DNA from: Candidatus Pseudelusimicrobium marinum | GTDB lineage: Bacteria > Elusimicrobiota > Elusimicrobia > Elusimicrobiales > Elusimicrobiaceae | DNA length: 64,000 nucleotides | Direction: 5' to 3' | Assembly (NCBI GenBank): GCA_018656005.1 | Contig: JABHZW010000034.1 | Coordinates: 2,495 to 66,494 of the forward strand | Part shown: in pieces, positions 25,894-34,688 of the stretch | Position numbering within the stretch: position 1 is the stretch's first letter | How the letters are laid out: each line of letters starts with the position of its first letter | Position numbers and translations under genes: made by a program | The notes under the pieces: model-generated | The model's database searches: none | What the model was told of the DNA's origin: nothing | Seen by the model: the letters and a program-made list of their open reading frames with translations, nothing else

Positions 25894-26550
25894 ATGAAAA
25901 ATAAAAAAGGAAATAAAAATTTGTCATTACGAAGAATTTTTTCTTATGTCATTCTCAGCTTGACTGGGAATCTAGTAAAAAATAAGAAAAAATTCTGTGG
26001 TAATCTCGGTTTTACATTAATAGAACTTTTGGTGGTAATACTTATACTAGCAGTACTAGCTAGTATTGCATTACCAAAATATATGGTAGCAAGAGATAGG
26101 GCACACCTTGCTGGTTTAATGACTATTGGTAAAAATGTTAATGATGCTTTGGATAGAATAAGTCTTACTGATGACCAGGCAGATAGCTCAGCTTTAGACA
26201 AATTAGATATAAGTTTTAAGGATTACGAAGGAAGTGATTGTGGTAGCACCTGTAGAATAACAGTTTCAGGTAAAGATTATATGCTTATGCCTGTTCTAAA
26301 TCAGTCTGATGTTCATACTCGGAATTATACTATTTTTTATTCTTATGATAATTCAAATTTTAATAGACTTAATGTCCATACGGAAGAGGGAAAAGTAACT
26401 TGGAATACCACAAATACATATATGCTTTTTTGTTATCAGTATAATGCCTCATATATAGATCCAGATCCAGATAAATGTGAAAGATTAGCAGCAAGTTTTG
26501 GTGCAACTTGTATTGGAGCCACTGGTGCAAGGAGATGTTCTTGGAGCTAA
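25894..26550 (+). CDS. type IV pilin-like protein (prepilin N-terminal cleavage/methylation domain) with a repeat-encoded long leader
   Basis: G|FTLIELLVVILILAVLASIALPKYMVARD, a paralogue of the 41367 gene. The 39-aa leader contains family A repeat DNA in frame. The start is uncertain: ATG 25894, TTG 25921 or TTG 25960. Confidence 0.75.
   Translation: MKNKKGNKNLSLRRIFSYVILSLTGNLVKNKKKFCGNLGFTLIELLVVILILAVLASIALPKYMVARDRAHLAGLMTIGKNVNDALDRISLTDDQADSSALDKLDISFKDYEGSDCGSTCRITVSGKDYMLMPVLNQSDVHTRNYTIFYSYDNSNFNRLNVHTEEGKVTWNTTNTYMLFCYQYNASYIDPDPDKCERLAASFGATCIGATGARRCSWS
25923..26005 (+). repeat. nested family A repeats (one unit inside the loop of another) within the pilin leader
   Basis: The outer unit is GTCATTACG-AAGAATTTTTT...AAAAAATTCT-GTGGTAATC. 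The inner unit is GTCATTCTCAGCTTGACTGGGAATC (25948-25972). Confidence 0.8.
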
Positions 26551-26575
26551 GTAGCTTAATCCATAATTTATTTTT

Positions 26576-27466
26576 TTATTTATCTAAAAAAGCTTTTGCT
26601 TTAGCCTTGTCTTTAGCTATTTGTGCTTTAAGTTCGTCTAAATTATGAAATCGCATCTCTTTTCTAATCTTCTTTAAAAATTGAAGTTTCAAAACTTTAC
26701 CATAAATGTCTTTATCAAAATTTAACAAGTGTGCCTCTATAAGGGGCACATTTTTGTTTATAGTGTTTATCGTCGGGCGAAAGCCAATATTTATAACTGC
26801 ATTATAAGTTTTGTCGTCCAAAATTGCTTTACCTGCATATACACCTTTTGGGTGAATTTTAAAAATAGATGGATCTAAATTAGCGGTAGGAAAACCAATT
26901 TTTCTGCCAAGTTTCATACCCATTATCACCTTACCAGAAATTTCGTAAGGACGGGTTAACATTCGGTTTGCTTTTATAAGATGCCCGCTGTTAAGAGCAT
27001 CGCGAATTAAAGATGAAGATATTTTTTTGCCATCAGAATTTGTTACAAACCCTTCATGAATAAAAGGGATATCATATTGTTTACATTTTTCTGCTAAGAA
27101 ATCTAAATGACCGCTTCGGTTTTTAGCAAATGCAAAATCTCTACCTACTAACATTCCACCCATTTTGTATTTTGTTAAAAGTAGATTGAAAAAGTTTTCT
27201 CTGCTTAAATTTTTTATTGCAAAAAATTTAAGCTCTTTTACCCCGTCAATGTTTTGAGCTTTCAAAAGTTGCTTTTTTTCCTCTGGAGTGCAGATGACAC
27301 TCATTTCTTTATTTACACTTTGCAAAACCTTGGCGGGGTATGCAAAGTATAAAGCCAAACTTTTTTGCTCATACTTTTTAGCAAGAGCTTTAAGCTTGTT
27401 TGTTAAATGTTGATGTCCTTTATGAACTCCGTCAAATGTTCCTATAAGTATAAAATTTTTTGTCAT
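26576..27466 (-). CDS. ribF: bifunctional riboflavin kinase / FMN adenylyltransferase
   Basis: Motifs IGTFDGVHKGHQHL, GFPTANL and LLNFDKDIYG. Confidence 0.9.
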   Translation of the reverse strand: MTKNFILIGTFDGVHKGHQHLTNKLKALAKKYEQKSLALYFAYPAKVLQSVNKEMSVICTPEEKKQLLKAQNIDGVKELKFFAIKNLSRENFFNLLLTKYKMGGMLVGRDFAFAKNRSGHLDFLAEKCKQYDIPFIHEGFVTNSDGKKISSSLIRDALNSGHLIKANRMLTRPYEISGKVIMGMKLGRKIGFPTANLDPSIFKIHPKGVYAGKAILDDKTYNAVINIGFRPTINTINKNVPLIEAHLLNFDKDIYGKVLKLQFLKKIRKEMRFHNLDELKAQIAKDKAKAKAFLDK

Positions 27467-28149
27467 ATTACTCGCACTTCCAAATCTTTTCTACTGATTT
27501 TTTTTACATCTGAAACTTTTATAGCATCCGAAATATCATACTTACCAATTGTTGTTCTTCTTAAACTTGTTAAATGTGCATGTGTACCAAGTTTTTTAGC
27601 TAACATTACTGCTAAACTTCGTACATATGTGCCACTGGATACTTCTACTTTAAATTTTAAAATATTTTTAGAAAGTTTTACATTGCTCCAATTAAAAACT
27701 GTAATTTCGCTTTCCTTTTTTTCTATTTTAACACCTTCTCTTGCAAGTTTATACATTTTTTGTCCGCCGACTTTCTTTGCTGAAAATGGGGGGATAATAT
27801 GGTTGAATTTTCCTGTTAAACTTTTAATAACTTCTTGCAATTTATCCTCTGAAATTTGTGGCACAGCATCTTCTTTTAAAACTTCGCCTTCAGCATCCCA
27901 AGTATCTGTTTTAATACCTAATTTTGCCTTTGCTTCATAGGTTTTTGGTAGTGTTAAAAATTCGTTTTGTTTTTTTGTGAAAGAACCTACAAGTAAAATT
28001 AATAATCCTGTTGCCATAGGGTCTAAAGTGCCTGCATGCCCTACTTTTGTTTTTAAAATGCCACGGCTTATGCAAACAACATCGCTAGATGTCCAGCCTT
28101 GTTCTTTATCTACAAGCAATATGCCGTTTTTGGTTTCTATTTGGTCCAT
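27463..28149 (-). CDS. truB: tRNA pseudouridine(55) synthase
   Basis: Motifs KVGHAGTLDPMATGLL and SSGTYVRSL. Confidence 0.92.
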   Translation of the reverse strand: MDQIETKNGILLVDKEQGWTSSDVVCISRGILKTKVGHAGTLDPMATGLLILLVGSFTKKQNEFLTLPKTYEAKAKLGIKTDTWDAEGEVLKEDAVPQISEDKLQEVIKSLTGKFNHIIPPFSAKKVGGQKMYKLAREGVKIEKKESEITVFNWSNVKLSKNILKFKVEVSSGTYVRSLAVMLAKKLGTHAHLTSLRRTTIGKYDISDAIKVSDVKKISRKDLEVRVI

Positions 28150-29126
28150 TTTATTTCTTTGATGAGCTTTTGTTTTATGTCTGCTAATTTTTTGTGCGAA
28201 CTTTTAAAACCAGATGCTCTTTTATGTCCGCCACCGCCAAACTTTACTGCAACTTTACTTACATCAAACTTATCTTTAGACCGCAAATTTGCAGATATTT
28301 CTTTTGCTTCTTCTTTTAAAAACACAGCAACTTCTACACCCGGTATCATAAGGAAGTTATTGACGACACCTTCACTATGATTATTATTTGCTTTTAGCTC
28401 TTTAAAATCTTTTTTTGTTATTTGAGAAATGGCAAGTTTACCGTTTTTTAAAATTTCTAAATTGGTTAAAGCTCTTGCCATTATGCGAGTGCTTTCTAAA
28501 CTTCTTTTTTGATACATCTCGGTATTTATTTTATCTGCATCTGCACCAAGTGTCTTTAATTTGCCTGCAACTTCATATGTAGATGCCGATGTGTTTTGAT
28601 ATAAAAAACGGTTTGTATCTGTAGATATCCCTGTAAATAAATTTGTTGCCATAGATTTTGTTATGCTGGCTTTTATATGCTGAAAAATGCCAAAAACCAT
28701 TTCCGATACCGAGGATATATTAGCATCTATATAATTTACCGTTCCGTAGCGTTCACACACTATATGGTGATCTATATTCAAAATATGTTTGGCATTTTTC
28801 AGCACATTATCCATATTTTTTTTATTGTCCGAAATTCTGTTCTTACTGGAACATTCAAAAGTTATTATAACATCAAATTTTTCTGTTTTAGGAAATTTTG
28901 CTACATTAATTTTTTTAATATTTGGCATAAAAGAAAACTTGTCAGATAATTGGTCGTCTGAAAACAAATAAACTTTTTTCTTTTTGTTTTTTAGATATTC
29001 CGCCATTGCTAATCCTGCACCCAAAGTATCAGGGTCTGGATTTTTGTGTACGGCGATAAAAAAGCTTTTACCAGTTTTTAAAACTTTAGAAATTTGTTTA
29101 ACTTCTTTTGTAAATTTATTTTTCAT
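28137..29126 (-). CDS. nrnA: DHH/DHHA1 phosphoesterase (NrnA-type oligoribonuclease / pAp phosphatase)
   Basis: Motifs HKNPDPDTLG, NIDHH and GGGHKRASG. Confidence 0.82.
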   Translation of the reverse strand: MKNKFTKEVKQISKVLKTGKSFFIAVHKNPDPDTLGAGLAMAEYLKNKKKKVYLFSDDQLSDKFSFMPNIKKINVAKFPKTEKFDVIITFECSSKNRISDNKKNMDNVLKNAKHILNIDHHIVCERYGTVNYIDANISSVSEMVFGIFQHIKASITKSMATNLFTGISTDTNRFLYQNTSASTYEVAGKLKTLGADADKINTEMYQKRSLESTRIMARALTNLEILKNGKLAISQITKKDFKELKANNNHSEGVVNNFLMIPGVEVAVFLKEEAKEISANLRSKDKFDVSKVAVKFGGGGHKRASGFKSSHKKLADIKQKLIKEIKWTK

Positions 29127-29140
29127 TTTACTTCCTGTTT

Positions 29141-29232
29141 GTCATCTTGAGCGTAGTCGAAAGATCTTGGTATTATAGTGTGAACTTAAAGACAAAGATT
29201 CTTCGGCTTCACTTCGTTTCGCTCAGAATGAC
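29141..29232. repeat. convergent doublet of family A hairpin repeats
   Basis: Forward unit GTCATCTTGAGCGTAGTCGAAAGATC (29141-29166) and inverted unit GATTCTTCGGCTTCACTTCGTTTCGCTCAGAATGAC (29197-29232). Confidence 0.85.
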
Positions 29233-29237
29233 AATTC

Positions 29238-29615
29238 CTATTTTTCTTCTCTTCGTTTCTTTTCTCTTTCTAATTTAGCAAAAACGGTTTCAACTTCTGC
29301 TGCTTTTTCTGGAGTATTATCAAACTCAAAAATAAAAGAGGGGATTCTTTTTAAATGAACCCGTTTTCTTAAATTTGCACCAATTTCTTTTTTCATTTCG
29401 CTAAGAAGTTGTTTTGCATCTTCTCTGGCGTTATCGTCGCCCATAAAAGAATAGAAAACCCTGGCCTGTTTTAAATCTTTACTAATTTTTACACCTACAA
29501 TTGTTATTATGCCGTTTAAATTTTGATTATAAGTTTCACGGGATAATTGTGTATTAAACTCTTGCATAAGCAAGGTTTCAAGCCGTTTCATTCTATCTAC
29601 TTTTTCTGTACTCAT
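29238..29615 (-). CDS. rbfA: ribosome-binding factor A
   Basis: 125 aa with an RbfA-like KH fold pattern (VKISKDLKQARVFYS, PSFIFEFD). Confidence 0.88.
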   Translation of the reverse strand: MSTEKVDRMKRLETLLMQEFNTQLSRETYNQNLNGIITIVGVKISKDLKQARVFYSFMGDDNAREDAKQLLSEMKKEIGANLRKRVHLKRIPSFIFEFDNTPEKAAEVETVFAKLEREKKRREEK

Positions 29616-30106
29616 AATTTTATTTTACCTTTAAATTGTCTGTCCATATCACGAGATAAATCTTTTTTCTTAATGCTATCTCGTTTATCGTGCTGTTTTT
29701 TACCTTTAACAAGCCCTATGCTCATTTTTATCCACCCTTTTTTAAGGTACAACCCAAGCGGAATTATTGTTTGATTTTTCAACTTTTGAAGCCCTAACAA
29801 CTTTTTTATTTCTTTTTTATGAAGTAATAATTTTCTTGTTTTTGTAGGATCAACCTCTTTTATGTGAGCATTTTCGTAAGGAGTTATACTCATATTATGT
29901 ATGAAAGCTTGCATATTATCCTCGATTTTGACAAAAGCACCCTCTAAGCTTACTTCTTTAGCTTTGACAGATTTTACCTCGGCACCGCTAAGTTCTACAC
30001 CGGCTTCGAAGGTTTCTAAAATCTCGTAATCAAAGAAAGCTTTCTTATTTTTGATAATATTATTGTCTGGCTTTTTGCCTATCTTTTTGCCTATTTTTTT
30101 ACTCAT
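29612..30106 (-). CDS. smpB: SsrA-binding protein
   Basis: Motifs NKKAFFDYEI, GAEVKSVK and RKLLLHKKEI. Confidence 0.92.
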   Translation of the reverse strand: MSKKIGKKIGKKPDNNIIKNKKAFFDYEILETFEAGVELSGAEVKSVKAKEVSLEGAFVKIEDNMQAFIHNMSITPYENAHIKEVDPTKTRKLLLHKKEIKKLLGLQKLKNQTIIPLGLYLKKGWIKMSIGLVKGKKQHDKRDSIKKKDLSRDMDRQFKGKIKL

Positions 30107-30149
30107 ATATATATTTTATCAAATAGTTCGGGTATTATGTGAAATTTAC

Positions 30150-30199
30150 GGTAGTACTTTAGTACTAGTCGCTAACTAGTACTAAAGTACCATTGTGCA
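30150..30199 (+). promoter_or_regulatory. palindromic element (family D) in the smpB / ankyrin-gene divergent region
   Basis: TACTTTAGTACTAG-TCGCTAA-CTAGTACTAAAGTA is a perfect 14-bp inverted repeat. It shares GTACTAGT..AGTACTAAAGTACC.TTGTG with 21011-21046. The 14-mer ends 76 nt before ATG 30267. Confidence 0.5.
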
Positions 30200-30266
30200 A
30201 AAATATTATGGTTGATACAATATAATTGTATTATTAAAAATATAATTCGTCTTGGAGGACAAAAAA

Positions 30267-31121
30267 ATGAACAAATCAATAAAAACAATATTGGCAATAG
30301 TAATATTATCTATTGCATTTTGTGGATTAGGAAATGCGCAAGACATACATAAAGTTATCGAGTATGTTGGAAAAGGAAATACAGAATCTCTAAAAAAAGA
30401 ACTTAAGAAAGGAAATATTGAGATAAAAAAAATTACCCCCTATCATATACTTTATACCTCGAAACCACCAACAAGCGTGCATCTAGAGATAGTAAGACTA
30501 TTAATAGATGGTTTTAATGAAGGAGATACAAGAGTAGAATATCTTAGATATGTAGAATATGGTATAGTGAATCGAAAGGCAGTATATCTTAAAAGGAGAT
30601 ATGAGAAGGGGGCTATAGTTTTTATGTGGGAGTTAAAGGAAGGGCATATAGAAATGGCAAAACTATTAATTGATCCAGAAGCAGATCCTGATATACAAGA
30701 TGGAGATGACACCACAATGCTTATGTTTGCATTAAGAAACCATTATATGAAGATAGCAAAATTATTAATTGATAAAGAAGCAGATCTTAATATACAAGAT
30801 AAAAAGGGCAGAACAGCTCTTAGGTGGGCACCATTCTTTAAATATGAAGAGTTACTTGATGCAGGAGCAGATCCTGATATACCAGATAACGATGGCCAAA
30901 CAGTTCTTATGAATGCATCATATTATGGTGTTATGAAAACAGTAAAACTATTAATTGATAAAGAAGCAGATCTTTATATTCGAAATAACGATGGTTATAA
31001 TGCTTTTGAACTAGCTGAGAAAAGAGGTCACAAAGAAATAGCAGAATATATAAAAGAAAAAATGAACGAGAGATCACAAGTGTTAAAAGAAGTGTCTAAG
31101 GATTTAGATGCTGCAAAATAA
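30267..31121 (+). CDS. secreted ankyrin-repeat protein
   Basis: ORF 30252..31121. ATG 30267 follows GGAGG. Signal peptide ..FCGLGNA. At least 4 ANK-like repeats (MAKLLIDPEADPDIQD, IAKLLIDKEADLNIQDKKGRTAL, GADPDIPDNDGQTVLM, TVKLLIDKEADLYIRNNDGYNAFELA), which are also visible as DNA-level repeats. Confidence 0.8.
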   Translation: MNKSIKTILAIVILSIAFCGLGNAQDIHKVIEYVGKGNTESLKKELKKGNIEIKKITPYHILYTSKPPTSVHLEIVRLLIDGFNEGDTRVEYLRYVEYGIVNRKAVYLKRRYEKGAIVFMWELKEGHIEMAKLLIDPEADPDIQDGDDTTMLMFALRNHYMKIAKLLIDKEADLNIQDKKGRTALRWAPFFKYEELLDAGADPDIPDNDGQTVLMNASYYGVMKTVKLLIDKEADLYIRNNDGYNAFELAEKRGHKEIAEYIKEKMNERSQVLKEVSKDLDAAK

Positions 31122-31145
31122 TATGTAAGATATATTGATAACTTT

Positions 31146-31180
31146 AAAGCCTCGCAGGCACTAGCTTGCGGGGCTTTTTT
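31146..31180 (+). terminator. intrinsic terminator after the ankyrin gene
   Basis: GCCTCGCAGGC-ACTA-GCTTGCGGGGC followed by T6. The two non-Watson-Crick positions are G-U pairs only when read on the + strand. Confidence 0.8.
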
Positions 31181-31247
31181 ATAGCACACATAATAATTAT
31201 ATTTATAGTCATTGTAATACTGCACCTAATATTCTAAAATAACATCT

Positions 31248-32063
31248 ATGCCACCATATAAATCATATAACCGCCCCAACAGAAGAAGAAGTAATGGGAA
31301 CAAAAAATCCCACTTCAAACCTATCTTAAAAGGGTTCTTAGTTATATTACTAATTTCAGCAGTTATATTTGGTTTTTACAAGATCACCCCGCTAATTGCC
31401 AAACTTTCTGGCGATATAAAACGACCTCAATGGACATATTTTCAAGTTAACGATATTGTCGTAAAAGGTACAGATGACGAAACCGCTTTGGATATTACAG
31501 ATGATATTTCGTATAATGAAAATGGCATCATTACCTATAAAGATGTCGCAAAAATTAAAAGAGAACTTTTAGCAAAATATACTAACTTTGAAAAAATAGA
31601 GGTTTCTAGAAAATATTTAACAAAAAATTTATATATAAAAGTTAAACCAAGAAAGCCAATTGCAAAGACTTGTGAAGGCGAAGTTTGTCATTATATCGAC
31701 GGCAAAGGATTTGTTTATAAAGACGAGATACAGCCAAGTCTAAATATAATAGATTTAAAAATTGAAGAAGGGGCGAGCAATTTAGATAAAAAATTCGTAC
31801 AATTAATAGTTGAACTGACATCGTTAAATAAGAAGCTAAATTTAAATGTAGAAACCCTAGTTTTACAAGTAGAACAAGAAAATGCAAAATTAATTTTAGA
31901 AAATAATATTACCCTTAATTTAGGGACTTTGGAAAATTCAGAAGCAAGATTAAAAAAAGCTAAAAAAATAATAAAATACTTACAAGAAGAACATAGCGAT
32001 AACTATACATTAAATTTGAAATATTTTGAAAATGGAAAGATTTATCTTAATTTAAATAAGTAG
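31248..32063 (+). CDS. ftsQ: cell division protein FtsQ/DivIB-like
   Basis: A basic N-terminus, one TM helix and a POTRA-like domain. It lies immediately upstream of ftsA-ftsZ. Confidence 0.7.
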   Translation: MPPYKSYNRPNRRRSNGNKKSHFKPILKGFLVILLISAVIFGFYKITPLIAKLSGDIKRPQWTYFQVNDIVVKGTDDETALDITDDISYNENGIITYKDVAKIKRELLAKYTNFEKIEVSRKYLTKNLYIKVKPRKPIAKTCEGEVCHYIDGKGFVYKDEIQPSLNIIDLKIEEGASNLDKKFVQLIVELTSLNKKLNLNVETLVLQVEQENAKLILENNITLNLGTLENSEARLKKAKKIIKYLQEEHSDNYTLNLKYFENGKIYLNLNK

Positions 32064-32072
32064 GTGAAACAA

Positions 32073-33323
32073 ATGTCCAGAAAGATCACAATAGCAGGTT
32101 TAGATATCGGTAGCAACAAAATAACAGGTGTTGTAGCTACAAAAGATTTAGATACAAATACTCTAAAAATGGAACATGTCGCAGTATCAGATTGTAAGGG
32201 TTTAAAAGGAGGGGTTGTAATAGATATACAACAAACTTCAGACAGTATCCAACAAGTTTTACACGAGCTAGAAGATTCCGTAAAAAAAGAACTAGATAAT
32301 ATCTACATTGCAATAAGAGGCTATCATTTGGAGTCTTTTACAAATCATGGTGCTTACAATATATCGAGGGTAGATAAAGAAATTACAGCAGACGATATTT
32401 ACTTTGCAATTGAAAATGCAAAATCTGTGCCGGTCAAAAACGATAATGATATAATAAACACAATTCCACAAAATTTTTCTGTAGATAAACAGCAAGGCAT
32501 TCCAAATCCAGAAGGTATGGAAGGCTCTTTGTTGGAAGTAGATTTACATGTAACCACGGGTTCTTCAACCCATTTAAATAACTTGTTAAGAGCAATAGAA
32601 AGAATTGGTTATAAAGTTGATGTAACTTTATATGGGCTTATCGCATTGGGCGATTGTGCATTAACACAAGAAGAAAAAGATTTAGGTGCATTAATAATAG
32701 ATATCGGCGGGGATACAATGTCCGTCGGTTTATATTTTGACGGCGGTTTAAGGTTTTCAAGAGACATACCATACGGTGCAGATTTAATTACAAGAGACAT
32801 TGCTTATGGTGTTCGCACAAGCCGTACAAATGCGAAAAATCTTAAAGAAGAATATGCCGTTGCACATCCAAGTTATTTGGGCGATGAAGAAGAAATTAAA
32901 GTGGAAGATTTAGATGGAAAAACCACAAATTCCATAAAGAAAACATTTTTATTAGATGTTGTTCAACCAAGAGTTGAAGAACTTTTTACAGAAGTAAAAC
33001 GAGCGCTTGATAGAAGCGGATACAGCGAAGTACCGGCGATAGGTGTATTAACAGGTGGTGGAAGTGTGATGCCAGGTATGAAAGAAATGTGTAGCGAAGT
33101 TTTAGGACTTAAAGAAGTAAGAAGCGGGTCTGTCCAAAGAGATTTAATGATTTCGGATGAAACTTTCTTCGCACCAGAATATAGCACAGCAGTATCTTTA
33201 GTTGTATACGAATCTGAAAGAAATCACTATGGCGATTATAGTAGGGTTGGTGTACAAACTTCTGGTTCAGTTTTAGGAAAAGTATCAAAAATGTTTAAAA
33301 AAATGGACTTTTTTGGCGGGTAA
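32073..33323 (+). CDS. ftsA: cell division protein FtsA
   Basis: Actin-fold motifs AGLDIGSNKI and IIDIGGDT. ATG 32073 follows AGGTGA; the ORF-track GTG 32064 is an alternative. Confidence 0.9.
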   Translation: MSRKITIAGLDIGSNKITGVVATKDLDTNTLKMEHVAVSDCKGLKGGVVIDIQQTSDSIQQVLHELEDSVKKELDNIYIAIRGYHLESFTNHGAYNISRVDKEITADDIYFAIENAKSVPVKNDNDIINTIPQNFSVDKQQGIPNPEGMEGSLLEVDLHVTTGSSTHLNNLLRAIERIGYKVDVTLYGLIALGDCALTQEEKDLGALIIDIGGDTMSVGLYFDGGLRFSRDIPYGADLITRDIAYGVRTSRTNAKNLKEEYAVAHPSYLGDEEEIKVEDLDGKTTNSIKKTFLLDVVQPRVEELFTEVKRALDRSGYSEVPAIGVLTGGGSVMPGMKEMCSEVLGLKEVRSGSVQRDLMISDETFFAPEYSTAVSLVVYESERNHYGDYSRVGVQTSGSVLGKVSKMFKKMDFFGG

Positions 33324-33350
33324 TATATTAATGAAGGTGGATAAATTATA

Positions 33351-34499
33351 ATGGATTTATTTCAACGAGAACATAATATTAAAAAAATGAAAGCTAAAAT
33401 AAAAGTAGCTGGTGTTGGTGGCGGTGGCGGTAATGCACTAAATCATATGATAAGTCGGGGAATTGAAGGGGTTGAATTTATAGCAGTAAATACCGATGCG
33501 CAAGATCTTGTAAAAAATAGTGCTCCGTATATGGTTCAAATAGGCGAACAGTTAACAAAAGGGTTAGGAGTTGGTGGAAATCCGTCAAGAGGAAGGAAGG
33601 CGGCGGAAGAATCTACCGAGGATTTGAAACATTTAATATCAGGGACAGATTTGCTTTTCGTAACTGCAGGTATGGGTGGTGGTACCGGAACTGGAGCCGC
33701 ACCTGTTTTAGCAAAACTCGCAAAAGAAATGATGGGCGATAAAATTTTAGTTATCGCAGTTGTTACAAGACCTTTTGAGTTTGAAGGTTATGTCCGTTCC
33801 CAAAATGCAGAAGAAGGTATTGCAGAAATTCAAAAATATGCAGACTCTACAATAATAATACCTAATGAAAAACTTTTCGAAATAATAGATAGTAAAACTT
33901 CCACAAAAGAAGCATTTAGTATGGTGGATAAAATTTTACTTCAAGCCGTGAGAGGGATATCCGATGTTATCACTTATCCGGGGCAGGTCAATATAGATTT
34001 TAGAGATGTGGAAACCATAATGCGAAACTGTGGTAAATCCCTAATAGGTATAGGCGAAGCAGAAGGCGATAATAGACACATAGAAGCTATTAAACAGGCG
34101 ATTACCTCGCCTTTACTAGAAAATACCGATATTCAGGGTGCAAGAGGCTTTTTAGTACATTTCCTATCTGGCGATGATATAACCTTAAAAGAACAAGGCG
34201 AGGTTATGAATATAGTCAAACAAAATGCCAATAATAAAACGGAAATAATATATGGTTTTAGTACAGATGAAAATTTAGGGAATAAAATGAAAATAACAAT
34301 AGTTGCAGCTGGTTTTGATGCTAATACGGCGGCTGGTATGATGAAAAGAAAAGCGATTACATCAAAAATGAATAGTTCTAATGGTGCGGGCGATAGTGGG
34401 CTTGGTAATGATATGTCCAGTTTATTTGCAACAAAAAAAGAAATGAAAGATACAGAAAAAATGTTGATACCTACATTTTTAAGAAATAAAAAAGATTGA
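33351..34499 (+). CDS. ftsZ: cell division GTPase FtsZ
   Basis: Motifs GVGGGGGNA, NTDAQDL and GMGGGTGTGAAPV. Confidence 0.95.
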   Translation: MDLFQREHNIKKMKAKIKVAGVGGGGGNALNHMISRGIEGVEFIAVNTDAQDLVKNSAPYMVQIGEQLTKGLGVGGNPSRGRKAAEESTEDLKHLISGTDLLFVTAGMGGGTGTGAAPVLAKLAKEMMGDKILVIAVVTRPFEFEGYVRSQNAEEGIAEIQKYADSTIIIPNEKLFEIIDSKTSTKEAFSMVDKILLQAVRGISDVITYPGQVNIDFRDVETIMRNCGKSLIGIGEAEGDNRHIEAIKQAITSPLLENTDIQGARGFLVHFLSGDDITLKEQGEVMNIVKQNANNKTEIIYGFSTDENLGNKMKITIVAAGFDANTAAGMMKRKAITSKMNSSNGAGDSGLGNDMSSLFATKKEMKDTEKMLIPTFLRNKKD

Positions 34500-34544
34500 T
34501 AAAAATTTTTCTAAAGAAGATTAATAAAGTTTAAATATTAACTT

Positions 34545-34677
34545 TTGTCATTGCGAGGGCTGAAAGCCCGTGGCAATCTTAATTTTACAAATTTGTCATT
34601 GCGAGGAGCGATAGCGACGTGGCAATCTTAATTTTATAAATTTGTCATTGCGAGGAGCGATAGCGACGTGGCAATCT
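34545..34677 (+). repeat. three tandem family A units upstream of the GIY-YIG gene
   Basis: Units at 34545-34579, 34593-34628 and 34642-34677 fit TTGTCATTGCGAG-hairpin-CGTGGCAATCT. Units 2 and 3 are identical. The 13-nt spacers are TAATTTTACAAAT and TAATTTTATAAAT. Confidence 0.92.
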
Positions 34678-34688
34678 CGGTGTAAGGT

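Noticed and set aside
27407-27940. 177-aa + strand ORF overlapping ribF and truB.
   Set aside because: It is antisense to two well-supported conserved genes. Its composition is typical of a shadow ORF in AT-rich DNA. The same reasoning applies to the other shadow ORFs in the track, such as 132-365, 417-668, 678-1052, 11750-12220, 23364-24284 and 36336-37137.
30107-30266. I looked for a tmRNA (ssrA) or other RNA gene next to smpB.
   Set aside because: The spacer has no tRNA-like acceptor or T-arm (no GGTTCGA-type T-loop and no CCA-proximal stem) and no tag-reading-frame features. It is occupied by the family D palindrome and promoter-like AT-rich sequence.
34545-34677. Three direct repeats with a 48-49-nt period could be mistaken for a mini CRISPR array.
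   Set aside because: The 'spacers' are only 13 nt and nearly identical to each other. The repeat units are hairpins of the dispersed family A. No cas genes or leader are present. This is a tandem repeat, not CRISPR.
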